A stretch of DNA of 64,000 nucleotides. It comes from Hormiphora californensis (Eukaryota > Animalia > Ctenophora). A program made the translations under genes and the position numbers. The notes below the pieces were generated by a model. That model saw nothing but the letters and a program-made list of their open reading frames with translations, ran no database searches and had not been told where the DNA came from. This document shows positions 48,018 to 57,370 of this stretch, one piece after another; positions within the stretch are counted from its first letter, which is position 1; every line of letters begins with the position of its first letter. The stretch spans positions 5,084,001 through 5,148,000 of the forward strand of contig CM035351.1 of the NCBI GenBank assembly GCA_020137815.1, in the 5' to 3' direction.

Positions 48018-51000
48018 CAGGGTGTGAACTGCATGTCGTGTTTGCTAGTCGCGAGCGCGCTTGCGAGACAAGCAAACACGTCAAGGTTCATTAACAAGCA
48101 TGCTGCTCATTCATTTTAGATTTAATACACAATGTAAGGATACCATGTAATAGGTGAGACTCTTGCCGTCACCCTCGTTCAAGTCCCGTGAAAAACGGAG
48201 CAGTACACGCAAACTGATGCCCATTTTCCTCGCGTGACCCCGATTCAGCAGTTTGAGACACCAACTCTTTAGGGGGCCATATCTCAGGAACCAGACAAGA
48301 TAGGAAAAATCGCCGTCTAACGAGGCGTACAGTTTTTAATCTAGTTTACCACTGTACCGGCCGTTTCACTCTCCGACCTAAAACAAAAATCGCAACCCCA
48401 CAAAACTTCAAAATAATGAAATTCGCATCTCGCATGTCGTGTTGCATGTCGTGTTGCATGTCGTGTCATGTTATTGACGCGCTCGCGTTCAACTCTCACA
48501 CAGCAGCTGCAGAACATGGCGGGAAACATCGAGGAGTAGAGAGAGGGTCGGTGCCGAATCAAATATTTCTTGATCTTGATCTACTCCATCTCTCAGCTAT
48601 CCTACCACTCATCAACTCGATCTCTAAGCTACCCTACCCCTCATCTACTCCATCTTTCAGCTACCCTACCCCTCATCTACTCCATCTTTCAGCTACCCTA
48701 CCCCTTATCTAGTCCATCTCTCAGCTACCCTACTCCTCATCTACTCCATCTCTCAGCTTCCCTATAAGGGAAGCATAGAGATGGAAACGATTAGGGGTAG
48801 GGAATCCCTACCCATAATCGTTTCCATCTCTATGCTTCCCTAACCCTCATCAACTCCATCTTTCAGCTACCCTACCCCTAATCTAGTCCATCTCTCCGCT
48901 ACCCTACTCCTCATCTACTCCATCTCTCAGCTACCCTACCTCCCATTTACTCCATCTCTCAGCTACCCTACCTCCCATTTACTCCATCTCTCAGCTTCCC
49001 TACCTCCCATTTACTCCATCTCTCAGTTTACCTACCTCCCATTTACTCCATCTCTCAGCTTCCCTACCTCCCATTTACTCCATCCCTGCCTCCCATTTAC
49101 TCCATCTCTCAGCTTCCCTACCTCCCATTCACTCCATCTTTCAGCTTCCCTACCTCCCGTTTACTCCATCTCTCAGCTTCCCTACCTCCCATTTACTCCA
49201 TCCCTGCCTCCCATTTACTCCATCTCTCAGCTTCCCTACCTCCCATTTACTCCATCTCTCAGCTACCCTACCTCCCATTTACTCCATCTCTCAGCTTCCC
49301 TACCTCCCATTTACTCCATCTCTCAGCTTCCCTACCTCCCATTTACTCCATCCCTCAGCTTCCCTACCTCCCATTTACTCCATCTCTCAGCTTCCCTACC
49401 TCCCATTTACTCCATCTCTCAGCTTCCCTACCTCCCATTTACTCCATCCCTCAGCTTCCCTACCTCCCATTTACTCCATCTCTCAGCTTCCCTACCTCCC
49501 ATTTACTCCATCTCTCAGCTACCCTACCTCCCATTTACTTCATCTCTCAGCTTCCCTACCTCCCATTTACTCCATCTCTCAGCTTCCCTACCTCCCATTT
49601 ACTCCATCGCTTACCTTCCCTACCTCCCATTTACTCCATCTCTCAGCTTCCCTACCTCCCATTTACTCCATCTCTCAGCTACCCTACCTCCCGTTTACTT
49701 CATCTCTCAGCTTCCCTACCTCCCATTTACTCCATCTCTCAGGGGTAGGAATGTTAGCAGTTAGGATAAATGAGAGATGGAGTAAATGGGAGGTAAAGAA
49801 GCTGAGAGATGGAGTAAATGGGAGGTAGGGAAGCTGAGAGATGGAGTAAATGGGAGGTAGGGAAGCTGAGAGATGGAGTATTTATGGGAGGTAAGGAAGC
49901 TGAGAGATGGAGTAAATGGGAGGTTGGGAAGCTGAGAGATGGAGTAAATGGGAGGTAGGGAAGGTAAGCGATGGAGTAAATGGGAGGTAGGGAAGCTGAG
50001 AGATGGAGTAAATGGGAGGTAGGGAAGCTGAGAGATGAAGTAAACGGGAGGTAGGGTAGCTGAGAGATGGAGTAAATGGGAGGTAGGGAAGCTGAGAGAT
50101 GGAGTAAATGGGAGGTAGGGAAGGTAAGCGATGGAGTAAATGGGAGGTAGGGAAGCTGAGAGATGGAGTAAATGGGAGGTAGGGAAGCTGAGAGATGAAG
50201 TAAATGGGAGGTAGGGTAGCTGAGAGATGGAGTAAATGGGAGGTAGGGAAGCTGAGAGATGGAGTAAATGGGAGGTAGGGAAGCTGAGGGATGGAGTAAA
50301 TGGGAGGTAGGGAAGCTGAGAGATGGAGTAAATGGGAGGTAGGGAAGCTGAGAGATGGAGTAAATGGGAGGTAGGGTAGCTGAGAGATGGAGTGAATGGG
50401 AGGTAGGGAAGCTGAGAGATGGAGTAAATGGGAGGCAGGGATGGAGTAAATGGGAGATAGGGAAGCTGAGAGATGGAGTAAACGGGAGGTAGGGAAGCTG
50501 AAAGATGGAGTGAATGGGAGGTAGGGAAGCTGAGAGATGGAGTAAATGGGAGGCAGGGATGGAGTAAATGGGAGGTAGGGAAGCTGAGAGATGGAGTAAA
50601 TGGGAGGTAGGTAAGCTGAGAGATGGAGTAAATGGGAGGTAGGGAAGCTGAGAGATGGAGTAAATGGGAGGTAGGGTAGCTGAGAGATGGAGTAAATGGG
50701 AGGTAGGGTAGCTGAGAGATGGAGTAGATGAGGAGTAGGGTAGCGGAGAGATGGACTAGATTAGGGGTAGGGTAGCTGAAAGATGGAGTTGATGAGGGTT
50801 AGGGAAGCATAGAGATGGAAACGATTATGGGTAGGGATTCCCTACCCCTAATCGTTTCCATCTCTATGCTTCCCTTATAGGGAAGCTGAGAGATGGAGTA
50901 GATGAGGAGTAGGGTAGCTGAGAGATGGACTAGATAAGGGGTAGGGTAGCTGAAAGATGGAGTAGATGAGGGGTAGGGTAGCTGAAAGATGGAGTAGATG

Positions 51001-51624
51001 AGGGGTAGGGTAGCTTAGAGATCGAGTTGATGAGTGGTAGGATAGCTGAGAGATGGAGTAGATCAAGATCAAGAAATATTTGATTCGGCACCGACCCTCT
51101 CTCTACTCCTCGATGTTTCCCGCCATGTTCTGCAGCTGCTGTGTGAGAGTTGAACGCGAGCGCGTCAATAACATGACACGACATGCAACACGACATGCAA
51201 CACGACATGCGAGATGCGAATTTCATTATTTTGAAGTTTTGTGGGGTTGCGATTTTTGTTTTAGGTCGGAGAGTGAAACGGCCGGTACAGTGGTAAACTA
51301 GATTAAAAACTGTACGCCTCGTTAGACGGCGATTTTTCCTATCTTGTCTGGTTCCTGAGATATGGCCCCCTAAAGAGTTGGTGTCTCAAACTGCTGAATC
51401 GGGGTCACGCGAGGAAAATGGGCATCAGTTTGCGTGTACTGCTCCGTTTTTCACGGGACTTGAACGAGGGTGACGGCAAGAGTCTCACCTATTACATGGT
51501 ATCCTTACATTGTGTATTAAATCTAAAATGACTGAGCAGCATGCTTGTTAATGAACCTTGACGTGTTTGCTTGTCTCGCAAGCGCGCTCGCGACTAGCAA
51601 ACACGACATGCAGTTCACACCCTG
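48018..51624. mobile_element. 3.6-kb non-autonomous foldback DNA transposon: arms of about 1.7 and 1.85 kb, a spacer of about 27 bp, and a 5-bp TSD ATTAT
   Basis: attat|CAGGGTGTGAACTGC...GCAGTTCACACCCTG|attat. The arms are near-perfect reverse complements, and the ORF track shows mirrored identical ORFs. Confidence 0.9.
48915..50727. repeat. Two head-to-head arrays of a 32-bp minisatellite (cagcttccctacctcccatttactccatctct) forming the foldback core
   Basis: Period 32 (e.g. 48960 to 48992). Orientation switches at 49743-49769. Confidence 0.95.
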
Positions 51625-51768
51625 ATTATGAAACAAACTATACTATAAAATAACCAAAAATAATGATGGTTCCCATGGAAGCACACGTTTATAAAACTAG
51701 TGTTCACAGACACACATAAAACTAGTGTTCACAGACACAAGATCCGGTATTACAAGAAATCCAGATTT

Positions 51769-53331
51769 CTATTGAAAGGCTACAAGGTGTGGCATCTCTA
51801 GTTCGAACCACCCATTGCCATTGCTGCCATGTTCCAGGAAAATTTGATCGATCTTATCTAGGTCGTCTCTGTAGGGAAATTTCTTTATCTCAACACCGTT
51901 CAAGGACGCCCTAAAGCTGCCACTATCACAGAAAATAACCACTTCGAATTCTTCCTGATCCTTCAAAGGTTTGTAAGTGTCCCTAATTTCTGTCATCCAT
52001 CCGTTACTGAAATTTGTGTTCATCACAATCGTCTTCGGGGGTCGGAAATCAAGGTGAAAGAAGTTGAAACCATTCTGCATCCTTTTAAGATTGACATTGA
52101 ACTTTTTTGTACCTTTCGAGAACCTTCCTAAGAACTTAATCGTATCTCCTTGCTTCAGAGGCCGACGCAACTTATGATCAGTCGGTAGTAGGGTGGTAGG
52201 GAGAGCAGGAGGGACTGAGCCGAACTGTTCGCTGGTAGAATCCTCTGGTATTTCTAGCTGGAACCACCCATTGCCATTGCTGCCATGTACCAATTCAATT
52301 TGATCGATCTTATCCAGGTCGTCTCTGTAGGGAAACTTCTTTATCTCAACACCGTTCAGGTACGCTCTAAAGCTGCCAATATCACAGAAAATAACCACTT
52401 CGAATACTTCGTGTTCCCCCAGTGGTTTGTAAGTGTCCCTTATTTCAGTCATCCATCCCTTATTGAACTTGGTGTTCATCACAATCGTCTTCGGGGGTCG
52501 GAAATCAAGGTGAAAGAAGTTGTAGCGGTTCTGACTTCGAGTAAGGTTAATATTGAACTTTATTGTACCCAGGGAGTACTTTCCAAACACCTTGATTCTA
52601 TCTCCTTGCTTCAGAGGCCGATGCAACTTATGATATTGTGTTGGCATGGGAGTGGTAAAGGTGGGAAAAGCGGAGGGAGCTTTAATGGAGCAGAAACGGT
52701 TTCCAATGGGGTCATGCACAAACCAAACAGATCTGAACTGCGCCAGTTTAAGATGGCGGGCTTTGAATGGGAAGCTCTCTTTTTCAACTCCATTAATAAA
52801 AACCTGAAACTCAGTCAGACCTGCTTTTATCTCGACTGTGAACTCGGAATTGGTCTTGAACTGAGTGTACGTATCCCTAATCTCGGTTTGCCAACTTCCG
52901 CCGCTTTGATGATTGTAGACCAACTGTTCAGGTGGTCTCAGCGCAATATGAAAACCGAATCGCTCCCGGTCTGTGCTGAGATTTATGGAGAAAGGCTCGG
53001 TGCTACCAGAATAAAAACCTTTCCCAATAATTCTATCTCCGACTGTGAGATACTTCAATGGAGTTTCCGCGGCATTTACATCCACAAACTTGCTAGAAGA
53101 AGAGGAAGGAAGGACAGGCATACTAGCTGCAGTAGAAGAGGAAGGAATAGAAGGTTCGTATGCCGGTGGGATAGATTTACGCAGCAGCTCGTCCTTAGCC
53201 CTATTTTCTCTTCTCAACTTCATCAGGTACTCCACTACGACCTCTTGGGAAACTGCATTCACCTCCTTCGTTAGTTTCTCATCAGAGGCTGCCTCTAGGT
53301 CCTCTAGGGTAGAGAAGTACCCCAGACTCAT
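51769..53331 (-). CDS. Intronless triple-CRD galectin-like protein (520 aa)
   Basis: Three galectin motifs: FHIALRPPEQLVYNHQSGGSWQTEIR, FHLDFRPPKTIVMNTKFNKGWMTEIR and FHLDFRPPKTIVMNTNFSNGWMTEIR, each followed by F.V.I...F...[IL]NG...FP[FY]. No signal peptide. Confidence 0.88.
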   Translation of the reverse strand: MSLGYFSTLEDLEAASDEKLTKEVNAVSQEVVVEYLMKLRRENRAKDELLRKSIPPAYEPSIPSSSTAASMPVLPSSSSSKFVDVNAAETPLKYLTVGDRIIGKGFYSGSTEPFSINLSTDRERFGFHIALRPPEQLVYNHQSGGSWQTEIRDTYTQFKTNSEFTVEIKAGLTEFQVFINGVEKESFPFKARHLKLAQFRSVWFVHDPIGNRFCSIKAPSAFPTFTTPMPTQYHKLHRPLKQGDRIKVFGKYSLGTIKFNINLTRSQNRYNFFHLDFRPPKTIVMNTKFNKGWMTEIRDTYKPLGEHEVFEVVIFCDIGSFRAYLNGVEIKKFPYRDDLDKIDQIELVHGSNGNGWFQLEIPEDSTSEQFGSVPPALPTTLLPTDHKLRRPLKQGDTIKFLGRFSKGTKKFNVNLKRMQNGFNFFHLDFRPPKTIVMNTNFSNGWMTEIRDTYKPLKDQEEFEVVIFCDSGSFRASLNGVEIKKFPYRDDLDKIDQIFLEHGSNGNGWFELEMPHLVAFQ

Positions 53332-53548
53332 GGTCCTATGAGAGAAGTTGGAATGAAATTTGAAAACACTAATGGATAACGATTTTTTTGTATGAGAATC
53401 TAATCTTGAAGATTTATCGATAAAAACAAAGTATGAACAAACAAAAAATTTAAAAATCAGCCAAAAAGTTTTTACAGAAAAAATGTCTCTTAAAAATATA
53501 AATTTCTACAAAAATTAAAACATCACATTAAAGAGTTCACTCTTCTGA

Positions 53549-54456
53549 TTAAAAGATACCCGGTATAATCTTGTAGGGAACATGTTTACAGTAGGTATCC
53601 CACCAGGTCCCGTACTTGGCGGCACACTTCTCATCATCCCTATAGGTTCTGTGTACCAACAGAATTATCAGGAATATGGTATAAGAGAAGGGCATGAGAT
53701 GGGTTAGCCCTGCTGGAACGCTCCAGAAGAAAGCAAGTAGTATCTCAGGGAGGTAGTGGAAGTGTCGTGCGACTCCCCACCAGCCAGAATAAAGAAGTAG
53801 GGACTCTCTCTTTTCACCACTCTCCAAGATGTACTGGGCTCTGATCACCTTGGCAGGTTTACCCCATACAAGGCACTTTCCATCAGATGACCTCACTGCC
53901 TGTTTCTGCCAGTCCGCCAGATAGTTAACAGCTATAGAGGCAGTACCGAGCAGGAGTATAACTGCAGACCAGAAGGGCCCCAGAACCACGGGGTTCTCAA
54001 CGAGGAAGAGCGAGGGACAGGTGTAGAAGCCAGGAACGTAGACCAAGCAGCCCCAGCAGATGTAGTAGCCAGCTCGATCTGTCATGATGTCAGTGGTTCG
54101 CATGTAGCCAGCCTCCCACCAGAAGAACTTGGTGAAGTAGATCATTAGTAGTGTGGTACTCACCCAGATACTATCTACAAAGCCGTGAAGCTCGTAGCTT
54201 TTTAGAGAGAAGATGAGAGTGAGTAGAGGCCAGACTGTTATACCAAATCTGCAGTTAGTAAACACTTTCACATCGATACCAAGAATTCTTGGCTCAGTGC
54301 CCCAATAGAAGTCGAATATTAGGCTACCAGTGGTACCGTGGTCAGATGTAGTCGGCCAATAGTACCCCTTCACCATCAGGATCAAGCAGACGACTAGACT
54401 AAAGAGGGTCAGGGTAAGCAGCAGCTCATTAAAATGGTCGTATAGGACAGTTGGTG
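53549..54456 (-). CDS. DHCR7: Sterol Delta7-reductase (DHCR7/DWF5-like), 5'-truncated copy B
   Basis: DFYWGTEPRILGIDVKVFTNCRFG, KFFWWEAGYMRTTDIMTDRAGYYICWGCLVYVP, LLYSGWWGVARHFHYLPE, HRTYRDDEKCAAKYG and VPYKIIPGIF (ERG4/ERG24 family). The N-terminus is replaced by galectin sequence at about 54456. Confidence 0.85.
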
Positions 54457-55647
54457 TATTTCTAGCTGGAACCATCCATTGCCATTGCTGCCGTGTTCTA
54501 ATTCAATTTGATCGATCTTATCCAGGTCGTCTCTGTAGGGAAATTTCTTTATCTCAACACCGTTCAGGAACGCTCTAAAGCTGCCAATATCACAGAAGAT
54601 AACCACTTCGAATACCTCTTGTTCCCCCAGTGGTTTGTAAGTGTCCCTAATCTCAGTCATCCATCCTTTATTGAAATAGGTGTTCATCACAATGGTCTCC
54701 GGGGGTCGGAAATCAAGGTGAAAGAAGTTGTAGCAGTTCTGACTTCGAGTAAGGTTAATATTGAACTTTATTGTACCCAGGGAGAACCTTCCAAACACCT
54801 TGATCCTATCTCCTTGCTTCAGAGGCCGACGCAACTCATGATATTGTGTTGGCATGAGAGTGGTAAAGGCGGGAAGAGCGGAAGGAGCTTTAATGGAGCA
54901 GAAACGGTTTCCAATGGGGTCATGCACAAACCAAACAGACCTGAACTGCGCCAGTTTAAGATGGCGGACTTTAAATGGGAAGCTCTGTTTTTCAACTCCG
55001 TTAATAAAAACCTGGAACTCAGTCAGACCTGCTCTTATTTCGACTGTGAATTCGGAATTTGTCTTGAACTGAGTGTACGTATCCCTAATCTCTGTTTGCC
55101 AACTTCCACCGCTTTGATGATTGTAGACCAACTGTTCGGGTGGTCTCAGAGCAATATGAAAACCGAATCGCTCCCGGTCTGTGCTGAGATTTATGGAGAA
55201 AGGCTCGGTGCTGCCAGAATAAAAACCTTTCCCAATAATTCTATCTCCGACTGTGAGATACTTCAATGGAGTTTCCGCAGCATTTACATCCACAAACTTG
55301 CTAGAAGATGAGGAAGGAAGGACAGGCATACTAGCTGCAGTAGAAGAGGCAGGAATAGGAGGCATTCTAGCTGCAATAGAAGAGGAAGGAATAGGAGGCA
55401 TGCTAGCTGTAGAAGAGGAAGGAATAGGAGGCATGCTAGCTGCAGTAGTAGAGGAAGGAATAGAAGGTTCGTATGCCGGTGGGATAGATTTACGCAGCAG
55501 CTCGTCCTTAGCCCTGTTTTCTCTTCTCAACTTCATCAGATACTCCACTACGACCTCTTGGGAAACTGCATTTACCTCCTTCGTTAGTTTCTCATCAGAG
55601 GCTGCCTCTAGATCCTCTAGGGTAGAGAAGTACCCCAGTCTCTCCAT
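54409..55647 (-). CDS. Galectin-like paralog with two CRDs, 3'-truncated at the junction with DHCR7 copy B
   Basis: Near-identical to 51769-53331 through CRD2, with an expanded MPPIPSSS linker repeat. Confidence 0.85.
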   Translation of the reverse strand: MERLGYFSTLEDLEAASDEKLTKEVNAVSQEVVVEYLMKLRRENRAKDELLRKSIPPAYEPSIPSSTTAASMPPIPSSSTASMPPIPSSSIAARMPPIPASSTAASMPVLPSSSSSKFVDVNAAETPLKYLTVGDRIIGKGFYSGSTEPFSINLSTDRERFGFHIALRPPEQLVYNHQSGGSWQTEIRDTYTQFKTNSEFTVEIRAGLTEFQVFINGVEKQSFPFKVRHLKLAQFRSVWFVHDPIGNRFCSIKAPSALPAFTTLMPTQYHELRRPLKQGDRIKVFGRFSLGTIKFNINLTRSQNCYNFFHLDFRPPETIVMNTYFNKGWMTEIRDTYKPLGEQEVFEVVIFCDIGSFRAFLNGVEIKKFPYRDDLDKIDQIELEHGSNGNGWFQLEIHQLSYTTILMSCCLP

Positions 55648-55865
55648 ACTCCTATGAGAAAAGTTGGTATGAAAACACTAATGGATAACGATTTTTTTCG
55701 TATGAGAATCTAATCTTGAAGTTTTGTCGATAAAAACAAGTTATGAACAAACAAAAAATTTAAAAATCAGCCAGAAAGTTTTTACAGAAAACATGTCTCT
55801 TAAAAATATAAATCTCTAAAAAAATTAAAACATCACAAGTCCCTTTAGAGAGTTCACTCTTCTGA

Positions 55866-56758
55866 TTAAAAGATACCCGGTATAATCTTGTAGGGGACAT
55901 GTTTACAGTAGGTTTCCCACCAGGTCCCGTACTTGGCGGCACACTTCTCATCATCCCTATAGGTTCTGTGCACCAGCAGAATTATCAGGAATATGGTGTA
56001 AGAGAAGGGCATGAGATGTGTTAGCCCTGCTGGAACGCTCCAGAAGAAAGCAAGGAGAATCTCAGGGAGGTAGTGGAAGTGCCGTGCTACTCCCCACCAG
56101 CCAGAATAAAGAAGTAGGGACTCTCTCTTTTCACCACTCTCCAATGTGTACTGGGCTCTAATAACCTTAGCAGGTTTACCCCAAACAAGACACTTTCCAT
56201 CAGATGACCTCACCGCCTGTTTTTGCCAGTCTGCCAGATAGTTAACAGCTATAGAGGCAGTACCGAGCAGGAGTATAACTGCAGACCAGAAGGGCCCCAG
56301 AACCACTGGGTTCTCCACGAGGAAGAGCGAGGGACAGGTGTAGAAGCCAGGAACGTAGACCAAGCAGCCCCAGCAGATGTAGTAGCCAGCTCGATCAGTC
56401 ATGATGTCAGTTGTTCGCATGTACCCAGCCTCCCACCAGAAAAACTTGGTGAAGTAGATCATTAGTAGTGTGGTACTCACCCAGATACTATCTACAAAGC
56501 CGTGTAGCTCGTAGCTTTTTAGGGAGAAGATGAGAGTGAGTAGAGGCCAGACTGTCATACCAATGGCGAGGCCAAAGTGAATCCACCAAATAACCTTGAA
56601 ATTCCTTCATGTACAGTGAGTGTGCTTAGTTCTTCCGCCAATTGGAGGAAAGAGCCGTTAGTATGGGTAGCTGTATACCAAAGCACCATCACAATTGTAG
56701 GCGAGTAGACCATGAGACATAACGGCGATATGACACGGTGAAACAATCCTTCCACCAT
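55866..56758 (-). CDS. DHCR7: Sterol Delta7-reductase copy A with an internal deletion and frameshift at about 56560
   Basis: The N-terminus MVEGLFHRVISPLCLMVYSPTIVMVLWYTATHTNGS is joined out of frame directly to GMTVWPLL...VPYKIIPGIF. Confidence 0.85.
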
Positions 56759-57049
56759 ACCAGAGTTTACCTAGATAGATATTTTAACTTCATTTAGGTC
56801 AAAAGCAAAAGACAACATCCCAAAATGCAAGCATCTAACCTAGGTATTTTTTAACGCACACAAACCACATCAGGTAAATATTTGTGATCTGTTCAGATCG
56901 GCGTATCAATTTTTCCCATCGCCATAAGCCGTGTGGGATAGGGCAGCCGGCAGCGTTGAAAAGTGGGTCAGCGTCGCATCATGCATGCACAAAAATTAAT
57001 GAGCTGCTTCTGCACAGGAATTCTGGCGGCGCCCTTACGATCTAGGTAT

Positions 57050-57370
57050 TTTGTGGCCTGTTTACAGGTGGGCGCTGCCAAAAAAGTTGATTCACTAAAA
57101 TGGCTAACCGCCAAACCACTGAACCGTTTTGGCTAATTCAAAGTTTATCTGGTAGGAAATGTCAAGGCCTAACCCCAACCCAAGCCCCAACCCTAACCCT
57201 AACCCTACTTCAGCCCTAACCCTGACAAACCGTTTGTCAGCTCTCACGAAACACCCAGATTTAAACGCTGGCCGTGCCTTGCAGCCTGTTTACAGGTGCG
57301 CGCTACCAAAAGAGTATACTTAGACCGACTTTTTTCAAACGGCTATAGCCATGGAACCACATGGCCGATT
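57050..57370. repeat. Interspersed repeat with telomere-like CCCTAA tracts; relatives at about 19240-19350 and 58470-58630
   Basis: aaaccac..aaccgtttt.gctaattcaaagtt.atctg.tag is shared with 19240. gcctgtttacaggtg.gcgct.ccaaaa occurs twice. cacccagattt is shared with 58572. Confidence 0.6.

Noticed and set aside
48915-50727. CRISPR-like 32-bp repeats
   Set aside because: A pure tandem minisatellite without spacers.
48341-51301. Mirrored small ORFs in the foldback arms
   Set aside because: A by-product of the inverted repeat; no transposase motifs.
52285-55311. Long antisense ORFs (329 aa and 267 aa)
   Set aside because: Shadow frames of the galectin genes with no independent features.
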